From an uncultured Bacilli bacterium (GTDB taxonomy: Bacteria; Bacillota_I; Bacilli_A; ML615J-28; CAG-313), in assembly GCA_949879765.1 (NCBI GenBank), contig CATLBQ010000002.1, forward strand, positions 79,652 through 143,651: a DNA stretch of 64,000 nucleotides, written 5' to 3'. A model generated the notes under the pieces. That model was not told the origin of the DNA. It made no database searches and saw nothing but the letters and a program-made list of their open reading frames with translations. A program made the position numbers and the translations under genes. How positions within the stretch are numbered: the first letter of the stretch is position 1; each line of letters starts with the position of its first letter. Of this stretch, positions 1-8,932 are shown one piece after another.

Positions 1-2304
1 AAAGTTGCTGAACCAATTGGTGTGATTGCGGCAGTTATTCCCACAACGAATCCAACATCCACTGCAATATTTAAAACATTAATTGCATTAAAGACAAGAA
101 ATGGTATCATCATCAGTCCCCATCCAAGAGCAAAAAAATCAACGATTGCAGCAGCAAAAGTGGTATTAGATGCGGCGATAAAAGCGGGTGCGCCTCAAGA
201 TATTATTGGTTGGATTGATGTACCTAGTTTAGAAATGACAAATACGGTGATGAAAGCAGCTGATATTATCTTAGCAACTGGTGGTCCTGGTATGGTAAAA
301 GCAGCCTATTCTAGTGGAAAACCTGCTTTGGGGGTAGGTTCAGGAAATACGCCAGCAATTATTGATGAAAGTGCAAATGTGGTACTTGCTGTCAATTCAA
401 TTATTCATTCCAAAACATTCGATAACGGAATGATTTGTGCATCTGAACAATCGGTTATTGTTTTAAATAAAGTATATGAACAGGTAAAAGATGAATTTAT
501 AAAAAGAGGTTGTTATTTCTTAAATCCAGAAGAATTGGAAAAAGTGAGAAAAACCATTTTAATCAATGGATCTTTGAATGCAAAGATTGTAGGACAATCC
601 GCTTATAAAATTGCTCAATTGTCAGGTGTTGAAGTACCTACTTATACTAAGATTTTAATTGGTGAAGTAGAAAAATATGATTTAAGTGAAGAATTTGCTC
701 ATGAAAAACTATCTCCAGTACTTGCGATGTACAAAGCAACCTCATTTGATGAAGCTTTAGTTAAAGCAGAAGCTTTGATTGCAGATGGAGGATTCGGACA
801 TACGTCATCGATTTTTATTGATCAAATTCATGAAAAAGATAAATTAGAAACATTCTATCATCGCATGAAGACATGTAGAATTATTGTCAATACACCAGCT
901 TCTCAAGGTGGTATTGGTGACTTATATAACTTTAAACTTGCGCCATCTCTTACACTTGGTTGTGGGTCATGGGGAGGAAATAGTGTTTCCGAAAATGTAG
1001 GAGTGAAACACTTATTAAATATCAAAACAGTTGCAGAAAGAAGGGAAAATATGTTGTGGTTTAGAACACCTCAAAAAGTATATATCAAAAAAGGATGTTT
1101 ACCAGTTGCCCTCCATGAACTTAAGGCTGTATATAATAAAAAGAAGGTATTTATTGTAACAGATCGTTTCTTGTATCAAAATGGATATACAAAGCCTATT
1201 ACAAATGAATTGGATGCTATGGGGATAATGCATACAACGTTCTATAATGTTGCTCCTGATCCTTCTTTAGGCAGTGCAAAAGAAGGGGCAATGCAAATGA
1301 CTGCTTTTGAACCAGATGCCATTATTGCTATAGGTGGTGGTTCAGCAATGGATGCTGCTAAAATCATGTGGGTATTGTATGAACATCCTGAGGTTGATTT
1401 TGCTGATATGGCTATGCGTTTTTCTGACATTCGTAAACGGATTTATCAATTTCCAAAGATGGGGGAAAAGGCAATGTTTATTGCGATTCCAACGACAGCA
1501 GGAACGGGTTCAGAGGTTACACCATTTGCGGTTATTACGGATGAAGCAACAGGGATTAAATATCCACTAGCAGATTATGAATTGATGCCGAATATGGCAA
1601 TTGTCGATGCAGATATGATGATGAATGCACCTAAAGGTCTTACAAGTGCATCTGGAATAGATGCTGTTACCCATGCATTAGAAGCCTATGCATCTATGCT
1701 TGCGACGGAATATACAGATGGACTTGCAAAAGAATCATTAAAAGTAATTTTCGAATATTTGCCTCGCGCATATGAAGATGGACCATCAGATGTAGTGGCT
1801 AGAGAAAAAATGGCTAATGCCGCAACTATGGCAGGTATGGCTTTTGCGAATGCCTTCTTAGGTGTATGTCATTCTATGGCACATAAATTAGGTGCTTTCC
1901 ATCACTTACCACATGGAGTGGCCAATGCCTTGATGATTGATGAAGTGATTCGTTTCAATAGTGCAGAAATTCCAACCAAGATGGGAACTTTCCCACAATA
2001 TGATCATCCACATGCAGCGAGTCGATATGCTGAAATTGCAGATTATTTAGGATTGGGTGGAAAGACAACTGAAGAAAAGGTAGAATTATTGATTCAAAAT
2101 ATAGATCAATTAAAAGAAAAAATTGGTATTAAACATTCTATTCAAGAATATGGTGTGGATGAAAAAGATTTCTTAGAAAGATTAGATGAAATGACTGAAC
2201 AAGCATTTGATGATCAATGTACAGGTGCTAATCCTCGTTATCCTCTAATGAGTGAAATCAAACAAATGTATTTAAATGCATATTATGGAAAGGAGACAAA
2301 GTAA
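1..2304 (+). CDS. adhE: Bifunctional acetaldehyde-CoA/alcohol dehydrogenase AdhE, 5'-truncated by the window edge. The ORF continues upstream of position 1.
   Basis: 760-aa ORF. The N-terminal part is an aldehyde dehydrogenase fold (VIPTTNPTST, GPGMVKAAYSSGKP, CASEQS). The C-terminal part is an iron-containing alcohol dehydrogenase (GGGSAMDAAK, histidine-rich metal motifs HSMAHKLGAFHHLPHG). About 100 aa are missing at the N-terminus. Confidence 0.9.
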   Translation, partial: KVAEPIGVIAAVIPTTNPTSTAIFKTLIALKTRNGIIISPHPRAKKSTIAAAKVVLDAAIKAGAPQDIIGWIDVPSLEMTNTVMKAADIILATGGPGMVKAAYSSGKPALGVGSGNTPAIIDESANVVLAVNSIIHSKTFDNGMICASEQSVIVLNKVYEQVKDEFIKRGCYFLNPEELEKVRKTILINGSLNAKIVGQSAYKIAQLSGVEVPTYTKILIGEVEKYDLSEEFAHEKLSPVLAMYKATSFDEALVKAEALIADGGFGHTSSIFIDQIHEKDKLETFYHRMKTCRIIVNTPASQGGIGDLYNFKLAPSLTLGCGSWGGNSVSENVGVKHLLNIKTVAERRENMLWFRTPQKVYIKKGCLPVALHELKAVYNKKKVFIVTDRFLYQNGYTKPITNELDAMGIMHTTFYNVAPDPSLGSAKEGAMQMTAFEPDAIIAIGGGSAMDAAKIMWVLYEHPEVDFADMAMRFSDIRKRIYQFPKMGEKAMFIAIPTTAGTGSEVTPFAVITDEATGIKYPLADYELMPNMAIVDADMMMNAPKGLTSASGIDAVTHALEAYASMLATEYTDGLAKESLKVIFEYLPRAYEDGPSDVVAREKMANAATMAGMAFANAFLGVCHSMAHKLGAFHHLPHGVANALMIDEVIRFNSAEIPTKMGTFPQYDHPHAASRYAEIADYLGLGGKTTEEKVELLIQNIDQLKEKIGIKHSIQEYGVDEKDFLERLDEMTEQAFDDQCTGANPRYPLMSEIKQMYLNAYYGKETK

Positions 2305-2305
2305 G

Positions 2306-3055
2306 ATGGATTTAGAACGTGTGATTGCCGTAAGAACATCAAAAACAATTTATCGAACAGGTGAACAGGTTGTTAAAGTATTTGATGAAGACTATTCAAA
2401 AGTAGATGTCTTAAATGAAGCGCTCAACCAAGCAATTGTAGAAGGATTAGGATTGCATATTCCCAAGATTTATTCTGTAGAATCTATAGAAGGAAAATGG
2501 GCGATTGTCTCTGAATATATAAAAGGAAAAACAATTGCTGATTTAATGCAAATGCATCCAGAGAAAAAAAGTGAATATCTCGAACAATTTGTAGATTTAC
2601 AACTATCTATGCATCAAGTAAAGTGCTCTAACTTAAAAAAATTAAAAGACAAGATGAATGCAAAGATTACTCAAACGGATTTAGATGCGACTACACGCTA
2701 TGAATTACATACCAGGTTAGAAGGTATGCCTAAACATAATAAATTGTGTCATGGCGATTTTAATCCATCCAATGTAATTATTCGTGAGGATGGAACACCA
2801 TTCATCATTGACTGGAGCCATGCTACGCAAGGAAATGCATCTGCAGATGTCGCACGAACATATTTATTATTTTGGTTGAATCAAGAAGGTGAAACAGCCA
2901 ATCAATATTTGGATTTATATTGTCAAAAAAGTGGTGTAGCTAAGAAATATATACAATCTTGGTTACCTATTGTTGCCGCATCACAATCGGTAAAAGGTCA
3001 TCAAAATGAACGTGATCTTTTATTGAATTGGGTTAATGTTGTTGACTACGAATAG
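2306..3055 (+). CDS. APH/choline-kinase-fold phosphotransferase (putative protein or small-molecule kinase).
   Basis: Brenner motif HGDFNPSNVI and IDWSHA. RBS GGAGA sits 8 nt before the ATG at 2306. The start is 2 nt after the adhE stop. Confidence 0.65.
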   Translation: MDLERVIAVRTSKTIYRTGEQVVKVFDEDYSKVDVLNEALNQAIVEGLGLHIPKIYSVESIEGKWAIVSEYIKGKTIADLMQMHPEKKSEYLEQFVDLQLSMHQVKCSNLKKLKDKMNAKITQTDLDATTRYELHTRLEGMPKHNKLCHGDFNPSNVIIREDGTPFIIDWSHATQGNASADVARTYLLFWLNQEGETANQYLDLYCQKSGVAKKYIQSWLPIVAASQSVKGHQNERDLLLNWVNVVDYE

Positions 3056-3064
3056 GAGGAAAAT

Positions 3065-3304
3065 ATGAAAAAAGTAGTAGTTTGTATTGGAAGTTCATGC
3101 CACCTCAAGGGTTCTAGGCAAGTTGTGGAAAGATTACAAGAATTGATTGCACAACATGATTTAAAAGAAGAAGTCGAATTGCAAGGTACTTTTTGTATGG
3201 GCAACTGTCAAAAAGGAGTTTGTGTTAAGGTAAATGAAACATTATTTTCCGTATCGCCAGAAACAGTAGATTCATTTTTTCAAAAAGAGGTTATGGGAAA
3301 ATAG
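3065..3304 (+). CDS. Thioredoxin-like [2Fe-2S] ferredoxin (NuoE/HydC-like), paralogue 1.
   Basis: 79 aa. Cys pattern C-x4-C ... C-x3-C (CIGSSC ... CMGNC). RBS GGAGGA. Confidence 0.7.
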   Translation: MKKVVVCIGSSCHLKGSRQVVERLQELIAQHDLKEEVELQGTFCMGNCQKGVCVKVNETLFSVSPETVDSFFQKEVMGK

Positions 3305-3315
3305 GGGTGTAACAA

Positions 3316-3564
3316 ATGACAATTAAGATTTGTATCGGAAGTTCATGCCACCTCAAGGGTTCACAAAAAGTAATTGAGTTATTTGAGAAAAGTATTCAAG
3401 AAAATCAATTAGAGGAAAAGGTAAAACTTGTAGGTTCTTTCTGCTTGGGCAAGTGCAGCAATGCAGGAGTGAATGTTTGTATTGATGATAAAGAAATTGT
3501 GAGTGTAACTCCAGAGAATTTTTATTCATTTTTCAATGATAAAGTACTAAAATATATAAAATAG
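3316..3564 (+). CDS. Thioredoxin-like [2Fe-2S] ferredoxin (NuoE/HydC-like), paralogue 2.
   Basis: 82 aa. Same C-x4-C ... C-x3-C pattern (CIGSSC ... CLGKC). About 45% identical to paralogue 1. Confidence 0.7.
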   Translation: MTIKICIGSSCHLKGSQKVIELFEKSIQENQLEEKVKLVGSFCLGKCSNAGVNVCIDDKEIVSVTPENFYSFFNDKVLKYIK

Positions 3565-3573
3565 GTGAGAAAT

Positions 3574-5250
3574 ATGCCCGAATTTTTAAAATTAAAAAAA
3601 TCAAATTGTAAGAACTGTTACAAATGTATTCGTCATTGCCCAGTAAAATCAATTAAATTTTCTGGTGATCAAGCACATATTGTGGGCAATGAATGTATTT
3701 TATGTGGTCAATGTTTTGTGGTTTGTCCACAAAATGCCAAAGAAATTCAGAATGATTTAGAAAAAGTAAAAGTGATGCTTGCGGCCAAAGAACAAGTTAT
3801 AGTAAGTTTAGCACCATCATTTATTGCCAATTATGATGGAATTGGTCTTGAACAAATGTCACAAGCACTACGACAATTGGGATTTTTTGCGGTAGAAGAA
3901 ACGGCTATTGGTGCAACTATTGTTAAAAAACAATACGAAGCCATTTTAGAGTCAAAAAGACAAAATATCTTGATTACATCTTGTTGTCATTCTGTGAATT
4001 TACTCATTCAAAAGTATTTTCCCAGTGCACTTCGATATCTTGCTGATGTAAAGTCACCTATGCAAATGCATGCCATAGATATTAAGAAAAGGATGCCTAA
4101 TGCCAAAGTTGTATTTATTGGACCATGTCTAGCTAAAAAGGATGAAGCAGATCATTATGCAGGAATCGTTGATGCTGTTTTGACATATGAGGAATTGACC
4201 ATGTGGTTAAAAGAAAGCAATATAGAATTAGAAAAAGGCTTAGATGTCAATGAAAAGTCAAAAGCAAGATTATTCCCAGTAACTGGTGGTGTTTTAAAAA
4301 CAATGAAATCCGATATTGCAGGTTATAAATATATTGCAATTGATGGTGTAGAAAATTGTATTGCCGCATTAAAAGACATTGAAAATGGTATGTTGGAACA
4401 TTGTGTTATTGAGATGTCTGCTTGTGTTGGCAGTTGTATAGGTGGTCCTGTTATGGAAAAATATCACCGTTCTCCTATCCGTGATTATTGTTCAGTAGTC
4501 AGTTATGCAGGTGATCAAGATTTTGATGTAGAACAATATGGAGATGAAGAATTAACCAAGCATTTTGAATATATTGCAAGAAAGGCAGAAGAACCATCTG
4601 AAGATGCCATTCGCTCGGTTCTAAGACAAATGGGCAAGATGCGTCCATCGGATGAGTTAAATTGTGGCTCATGTGGTTATAATACTTGTCGTGAAAAAGC
4701 AGTAGCCATCATTCAGGGTAAAGCTTCTATTTCTATGTGTTTACCTTTTCTAAAGGAAAGAGCAGAGAAATTCTATACCAATATTATTGATAACACACCA
4801 GATGGTATTTTGGTGTTGAATGAAGATTTAGAGGTTCAACAAATCAATGATGCGGCACGCAAAATAATGAATATCAAATATGCAACAGATGTATTGGGTG
4901 ATCAAGTCATTCGTATTCTTGATCCATATCCATTCTTACAGGTGAAATTAAACAATAAAAATGTTCACAATGAACGTATTTATTTGGCCGAGTATAATCG
5001 ATATGTAGAAAGAACTATCGTTTATGATAAGAATTACAAAATTATCATTTGTTTTATGAGAGATGTCACACTTGAAGTTACCGCAAAAGAAAAGAAGGAT
5101 GAAATCTCTTCAAAAACAGTAGAGATTGCTGATAAAGTTGTGGACAAACAAATGCGTATTGTTCAAGAAATTGCTTCCCTTTTAGGAGAAACGGCAGCTG
5201 AAACCAAAATTGCTTTAACAAAATTAAAGGAGTCAATTAAGGATGAATAA
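3574..5250 (+). CDS. Sensory-type [FeFe] hydrogenase with a C-terminal PAS domain (HydS/HfsB-like). An alternative GTG start lies at 3565.
   Basis: Two N-terminal 4Fe-4S ferredoxin motifs (CKNCYKCIRHCP, CILCGQCFVVCP). H-cluster motifs L1 ITSCCHS, L2 FIGPCLAKKDE, L3 EMSACVGSCIGGP. An extra 4-Cys motif (NCGSCGYNTC ... C) is followed by a PAS-like segment (TPDGILVLNEDLEVQQINDAARKIM). Confidence 0.8.
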   Translation: MPEFLKLKKSNCKNCYKCIRHCPVKSIKFSGDQAHIVGNECILCGQCFVVCPQNAKEIQNDLEKVKVMLAAKEQVIVSLAPSFIANYDGIGLEQMSQALRQLGFFAVEETAIGATIVKKQYEAILESKRQNILITSCCHSVNLLIQKYFPSALRYLADVKSPMQMHAIDIKKRMPNAKVVFIGPCLAKKDEADHYAGIVDAVLTYEELTMWLKESNIELEKGLDVNEKSKARLFPVTGGVLKTMKSDIAGYKYIAIDGVENCIAALKDIENGMLEHCVIEMSACVGSCIGGPVMEKYHRSPIRDYCSVVSYAGDQDFDVEQYGDEELTKHFEYIARKAEEPSEDAIRSVLRQMGKMRPSDELNCGSCGYNTCREKAVAIIQGKASISMCLPFLKERAEKFYTNIIDNTPDGILVLNEDLEVQQINDAARKIMNIKYATDVLGDQVIRILDPYPFLQVKLNNKNVHNERIYLAEYNRYVERTIVYDKNYKIIICFMRDVTLEVTAKEKKDEISSKTVEIADKVVDKQMRIVQEIASLLGETAAETKIALTKLKESIKDE

Positions 5251-6415
5251 TCTTTGTACGGATATTGGTTATCGCAGTTTGCTCAAACATCATGAACAAC
5301 TTTGTGGTGATCATATAGATATTATTGATCAAGAGGATGGGACAAAAATTATTGTACTTGCGGATGGATTAGGAAGTGGAGTCAAAGCGTGTATTTTATC
5401 AACATTAACTTCTAAAATCATTTCAACAATGATGGCAGAAGGGATTTCCATTGAAGAATGCGTAGCAACAATTGCGGCGACACTACCAGTTTGTTCCGTT
5501 CGTAAAGTGGCTTATTCCACCTTTACGATTTTGAAGATTTCACCAAATAGCGAAGCAGAGGTTATAGAATATGATAATCCTGGCATTATTTTAATTCGCG
5601 ATGGAGAAAATTATGAGTTAAACAAAACAGAATTGAACATTGGTGGTAAAAAAATCTACAAATCCAAAGTTCAATTATACGAAAATGATGTATTTGTAAT
5701 GATGAGCGATGGATGTATTTATGCGGGAGTAGGGAAAACACTTAATTTTGGTTGGAAACGGGAAGATATCATTGAGATGGTAAAAATTTTACCATCTGCT
5801 GGTTATACAGCCAAGACAATGACAACAATTTTACTAGATGAATGTAATAAATTATATGGTTATGAACCAGGTGATGATACGACAGCTTGTGTAGTTCGGA
5901 TTAGAAAAAGGGAACCAATGAATCTGTTGTTTGGTCCACCTAGTAATCCAGATGATTGCAATCGAATGATGTCGTTATTCTTTTCTAAAGGTGGAAAACA
6001 CATTGTATGTGGTGGGACAACTTCATCTATAGCTGCTAAATATTTGGGGAAACCAATTACCCCATCACTCAATTATTCGGATCCTAAAATTCCACCAACT
6101 GCCGAAATTGAAGGCGTAGATTTGGTAACAGAAGGGGTCATTACCATTAACCGTGTATTGGAATATGCAAAAGATTATTTAGAAGATAATCAATCTTATG
6201 TGAATTGGTGCTATAAAAAAGATGGGGCATCGTTAATCTCACGTCTTTTATTTGAAGAAGCGACCGATATTAATTTTTATGTAGGAAGAGCAATGAATCC
6301 TGCACATCAAAATCCCAATTTGCCTATCAATTTTAATATTAAAATGCAATTGGTTCAAGAACTATCAGAGTGCTTGAAAAAGATGGGCAAAAATATAAAA
6401 GTAAGTTATTTTTAG
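5243..6415 (+). CDS. PP2C/SpoIIE-family serine phosphatase with a ~160-aa C-terminal domain of unknown function.
   Basis: PP2C motifs (CGDHIDII, LADGLGSGVKA, MMSDGC). Overlaps the hydrogenase stop by 8 nt. Confidence 0.7.
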   Translation: MNNLCTDIGYRSLLKHHEQLCGDHIDIIDQEDGTKIIVLADGLGSGVKACILSTLTSKIISTMMAEGISIEECVATIAATLPVCSVRKVAYSTFTILKISPNSEAEVIEYDNPGIILIRDGENYELNKTELNIGGKKIYKSKVQLYENDVFVMMSDGCIYAGVGKTLNFGWKREDIIEMVKILPSAGYTAKTMTTILLDECNKLYGYEPGDDTTACVVRIRKREPMNLLFGPPSNPDDCNRMMSLFFSKGGKHIVCGGTTSSIAAKYLGKPITPSLNYSDPKIPPTAEIEGVDLVTEGVITINRVLEYAKDYLEDNQSYVNWCYKKDGASLISRLLFEEATDINFYVGRAMNPAHQNPNLPINFNIKMQLVQELSECLKKMGKNIKVSYF

Positions 6416-6423
6416 GTGAACAT

Positions 6424-7848
6424 ATGAAAAAATTTGATACACAAGTTCAATATTTAAAATATAAAGTATTAAGAGAAGTCGCAGGAAAAGCTTGGGATGA
6501 TACCTTGTATGAAAAAATATTGGATATTCCCAAAATTATTATTCCAGGGCCTACACCAACTACAAGATGTTGTATCTATAAAGAAAGGGCAATTGTTGAA
6601 GAAAGAATTAAGATTGCTATGGGCGGTGATAAGTCCAACCCTAATGTTATAGAGGTCATTGATTTGGCTTGCGATGAATGCCCTGTTGCGGGATACGAAG
6701 TAACAGATGTATGTAGAGGGTGTCTTGCTCACCGTTGTCAAGATGCTTGTAAGAAAGATGCCATTTATTTTGATCACAATCAAAAAGCCCATATTGATAA
6801 ATCAAAATGCGTAGAATGTGGAAAGTGTTCTGCAGTATGTCCATATGGTGCGATTGTGAATTTTAAAAGGCCATGTGAAAAATCATGTAAAGTCAAAGCT
6901 ATTTCCATGGGGCCAAATAAAGCGGCCAAAATTGATAATGATAAATGTATTTCTTGTGGCTCATGTGTTTATCAATGTCCATTTGGTGCCATTATGGATA
7001 AATCCTATATTATCAATGTCATTGATATTTTGAAAAAAAGTCAACACAATCAAAAATATAAAACCTATGCGGTTGTTGCCCCATCTATATCTAGTCAATT
7101 TGTGCATGCAAAATTGGGACAAGTTATTTCAGGAATCAAGGAATTGGGATTCTTTACTGTGGTAGAGGCTGCTCTTGGTGCGGATATGGTGGCTTATAAG
7201 GAAACACAAGAATTAATTGAAAAAGGCTTTTTAACTAGTTCATGTTGTCCTGCCTTTGTGATGTATATCAAAAAGAATTTTCCAAAATTAGTAGAGCATA
7301 TTTCTCATAATCTATCTCCTGCTGCAGAAATTGCCAAATATATCAAAGAAACGGATCCAACTGCTAAGGTCATTTTTATTGGTCCTTGTACTGCAAAGAA
7401 GGCTGAATTTCAACAAGAAATACAGAAACAGTATGTTGATTCTATATTGACATTTGAAGAATTGCAAGCACTTTTTGATAGTAAAGATTTAGATATTTAT
7501 TCATTACCAGAAGATGTGCTAGACAATGCATCTTATTATGGTAGAATCTTTGCAAGAAGTGGTGGTTTAACAGATGCTGTAAAACAAGCACTAATAGAGT
7601 TAGGAAGAACTGATTTTGAAGTCAAGCCAGTTGTATGTAATGGCATTGAAGAGTGCCGGATGGCTTTATTAAAAGTGGGTAAAATTGATATTGGTAACTT
7701 TATTGAAGGAATGGCTTGTGTTGGTGGATGTATTGCTGGAGCGGGCTGTTTAACCCATGGTGAAAAGAATAAGGCCGAAGTAGATAAATATGGCATGGAG
7801 GCATATGAAAAAACCATTCAAGATGCCATCAAAGTGCTTAAAAAGTAG
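6424..7848 (+). CDS. [FeFe] hydrogenase-like protein (HfsD/HydA-like) with a Cys-rich N-terminus. The ORF track starts it at 6370; ATG 6424 has the better RBS.
   Basis: Two 4Fe-4S motifs (CVECGKCSAVCP, CISCGSCVYQCP). H-cluster motifs TSSCCPAF, FIGPCTAKKAE, EGMACVGGCIAGAGC. RBS AGGTGA sits 5 nt before the ATG at 6424. Confidence 0.75.
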   Translation: MKKFDTQVQYLKYKVLREVAGKAWDDTLYEKILDIPKIIIPGPTPTTRCCIYKERAIVEERIKIAMGGDKSNPNVIEVIDLACDECPVAGYEVTDVCRGCLAHRCQDACKKDAIYFDHNQKAHIDKSKCVECGKCSAVCPYGAIVNFKRPCEKSCKVKAISMGPNKAAKIDNDKCISCGSCVYQCPFGAIMDKSYIINVIDILKKSQHNQKYKTYAVVAPSISSQFVHAKLGQVISGIKELGFFTVVEAALGADMVAYKETQELIEKGFLTSSCCPAFVMYIKKNFPKLVEHISHNLSPAAEIAKYIKETDPTAKVIFIGPCTAKKAEFQQEIQKQYVDSILTFEELQALFDSKDLDIYSLPEDVLDNASYYGRIFARSGGLTDAVKQALIELGRTDFEVKPVVCNGIEECRMALLKVGKIDIGNFIEGMACVGGCIAGAGCLTHGEKNKAEVDKYGMEAYEKTIQDAIKVLKK

Positions 7849-7897
7849 TTTAATCTATTGTTTTGCAAAAGATTTGCCTATCGATAGGAAGTGTGCT

Positions 7898-7935
7898 AAA
7901 ATTACCTCATATATAATATATGAGGTAATTTTTTT
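7898..7935 (+). terminator. Rho-independent terminator ending the adhE-hydrogenase operon.
   Basis: Perfect 14-bp stem ATTACCTCATATAT/ATATATGAGGTAAT with a 2-nt loop and a T7 tract. The next ATG follows directly. Confidence 0.8.
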
Positions 7936-8781
7936 ATGAACCATACACCTTTATTACAAGAAGAAATAGAAGTCATATCAACAGTAAACCAAGCATTACG
8001 ACAAAGTTATTTTCGATATGAGAAAAAGACAAATATCCTCAATTTTTCATTGCTCATATGTTGCTTTGTTGCCCTAGCCTTGGTAGGATTGCTACTATCT
8101 TTTAAAGTTATGGTAGGAATTAGTATAGGAATCGCACTATTTTTATTATTGTTTTTAATTATTGTATTAGTGAATATTCATAAACGCTCTCAACTGCCTT
8201 GTGATGTATCCTATGATGAATTTTTGTTTCAATCGGATGCATTTATTGTGAAAGAAAAATCAAAGTCTAATGCATCTACAGCCAAGATTTTATATACGCA
8301 AATCATCGGACTTGTTGAAAATAATGATTTCTTTTTGATTCAATTGAAAGACAATAGGGGATATCTTATTGAAGTAAATGGCAATGAACAAGCCCTTTGG
8401 AAGGTGAAACGCATATTATTTACTTATATAAAGGTATTCAATCAAATCCAAGTAACCAAGAAGACAAAGGTGGAAGCATGTGAGTATGTTGACAATGCTT
8501 TGAAATTATCATCTGGTATGGTATCGGTTTTGAATGGATTATTGATGCTTGCCTCATTGATTGTAGGAATGTTTTGTGTTTATGTAGATCAACATGCACT
8601 CATACCCTATTTGTTATTTCCAATAGTTTTAGTTTTGCAATTAGCTATCATAGGGGGAAGTATTTTTATCGGAATCAAAAGTGGACAGTTTAAAAGAATC
8701 ATGCTCACCATAGTAATCAGTTGTATATTGTTTTTTGCAGAATTGATGATATGTTTTGCCTATATGATTCTTACTTATTAA
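7936..8781 (+). CDS. Hypothetical polytopic membrane protein (YcxB-like).
   Basis: 281-aa ORF with several hydrophobic helices. The only SD-like sequence (GAGGT) lies inside the 3' arm of the upstream terminator. Confidence 0.5.
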   Translation: MNHTPLLQEEIEVISTVNQALRQSYFRYEKKTNILNFSLLICCFVALALVGLLLSFKVMVGISIGIALFLLLFLIIVLVNIHKRSQLPCDVSYDEFLFQSDAFIVKEKSKSNASTAKILYTQIIGLVENNDFFLIQLKDNRGYLIEVNGNEQALWKVKRILFTYIKVFNQIQVTKKTKVEACEYVDNALKLSSGMVSVLNGLLMLASLIVGMFCVYVDQHALIPYLLFPIVLVLQLAIIGGSIFIGIKSGQFKRIMLTIVISCILFFAELMICFAYMILTY

Positions 8782-8813
8782 AAAGCGCATCAAAGTACAA
8801 CGCGCTTTTTTTG
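8781..8813 (+). terminator. Rho-independent terminator.
   Basis: AAAAGCGC-loop-GCGCTTTT stem followed by a T-run. Confidence 0.6.
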
Positions 8814-8875
8814 TTTTGGGAATCAATCTGTCGAAAAAGATTCAAAATCAGTAGATGATTTTTATTCGTTTTGGT

Positions 8876-8903
8876 TGACTTATTATTTGAAGTGTTATAT
8901 AAT
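8876..8903 (+). promoter_or_regulatory. Sigma-A type promoter for topA.
   Basis: TTGACT, 16-nt spacer, TATAAT, about 30 nt upstream of the topA start. Confidence 0.6.
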
Positions 8904-8932
8904 CAAAACACAAAATGATGACGAGGTGTTTT

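Noticed and set aside
1242-1570. Small ORFs inside adhE on both strands (62 and 78 aa).
   Set aside because: They are embedded in or antisense to the conserved AdhE coding sequence.
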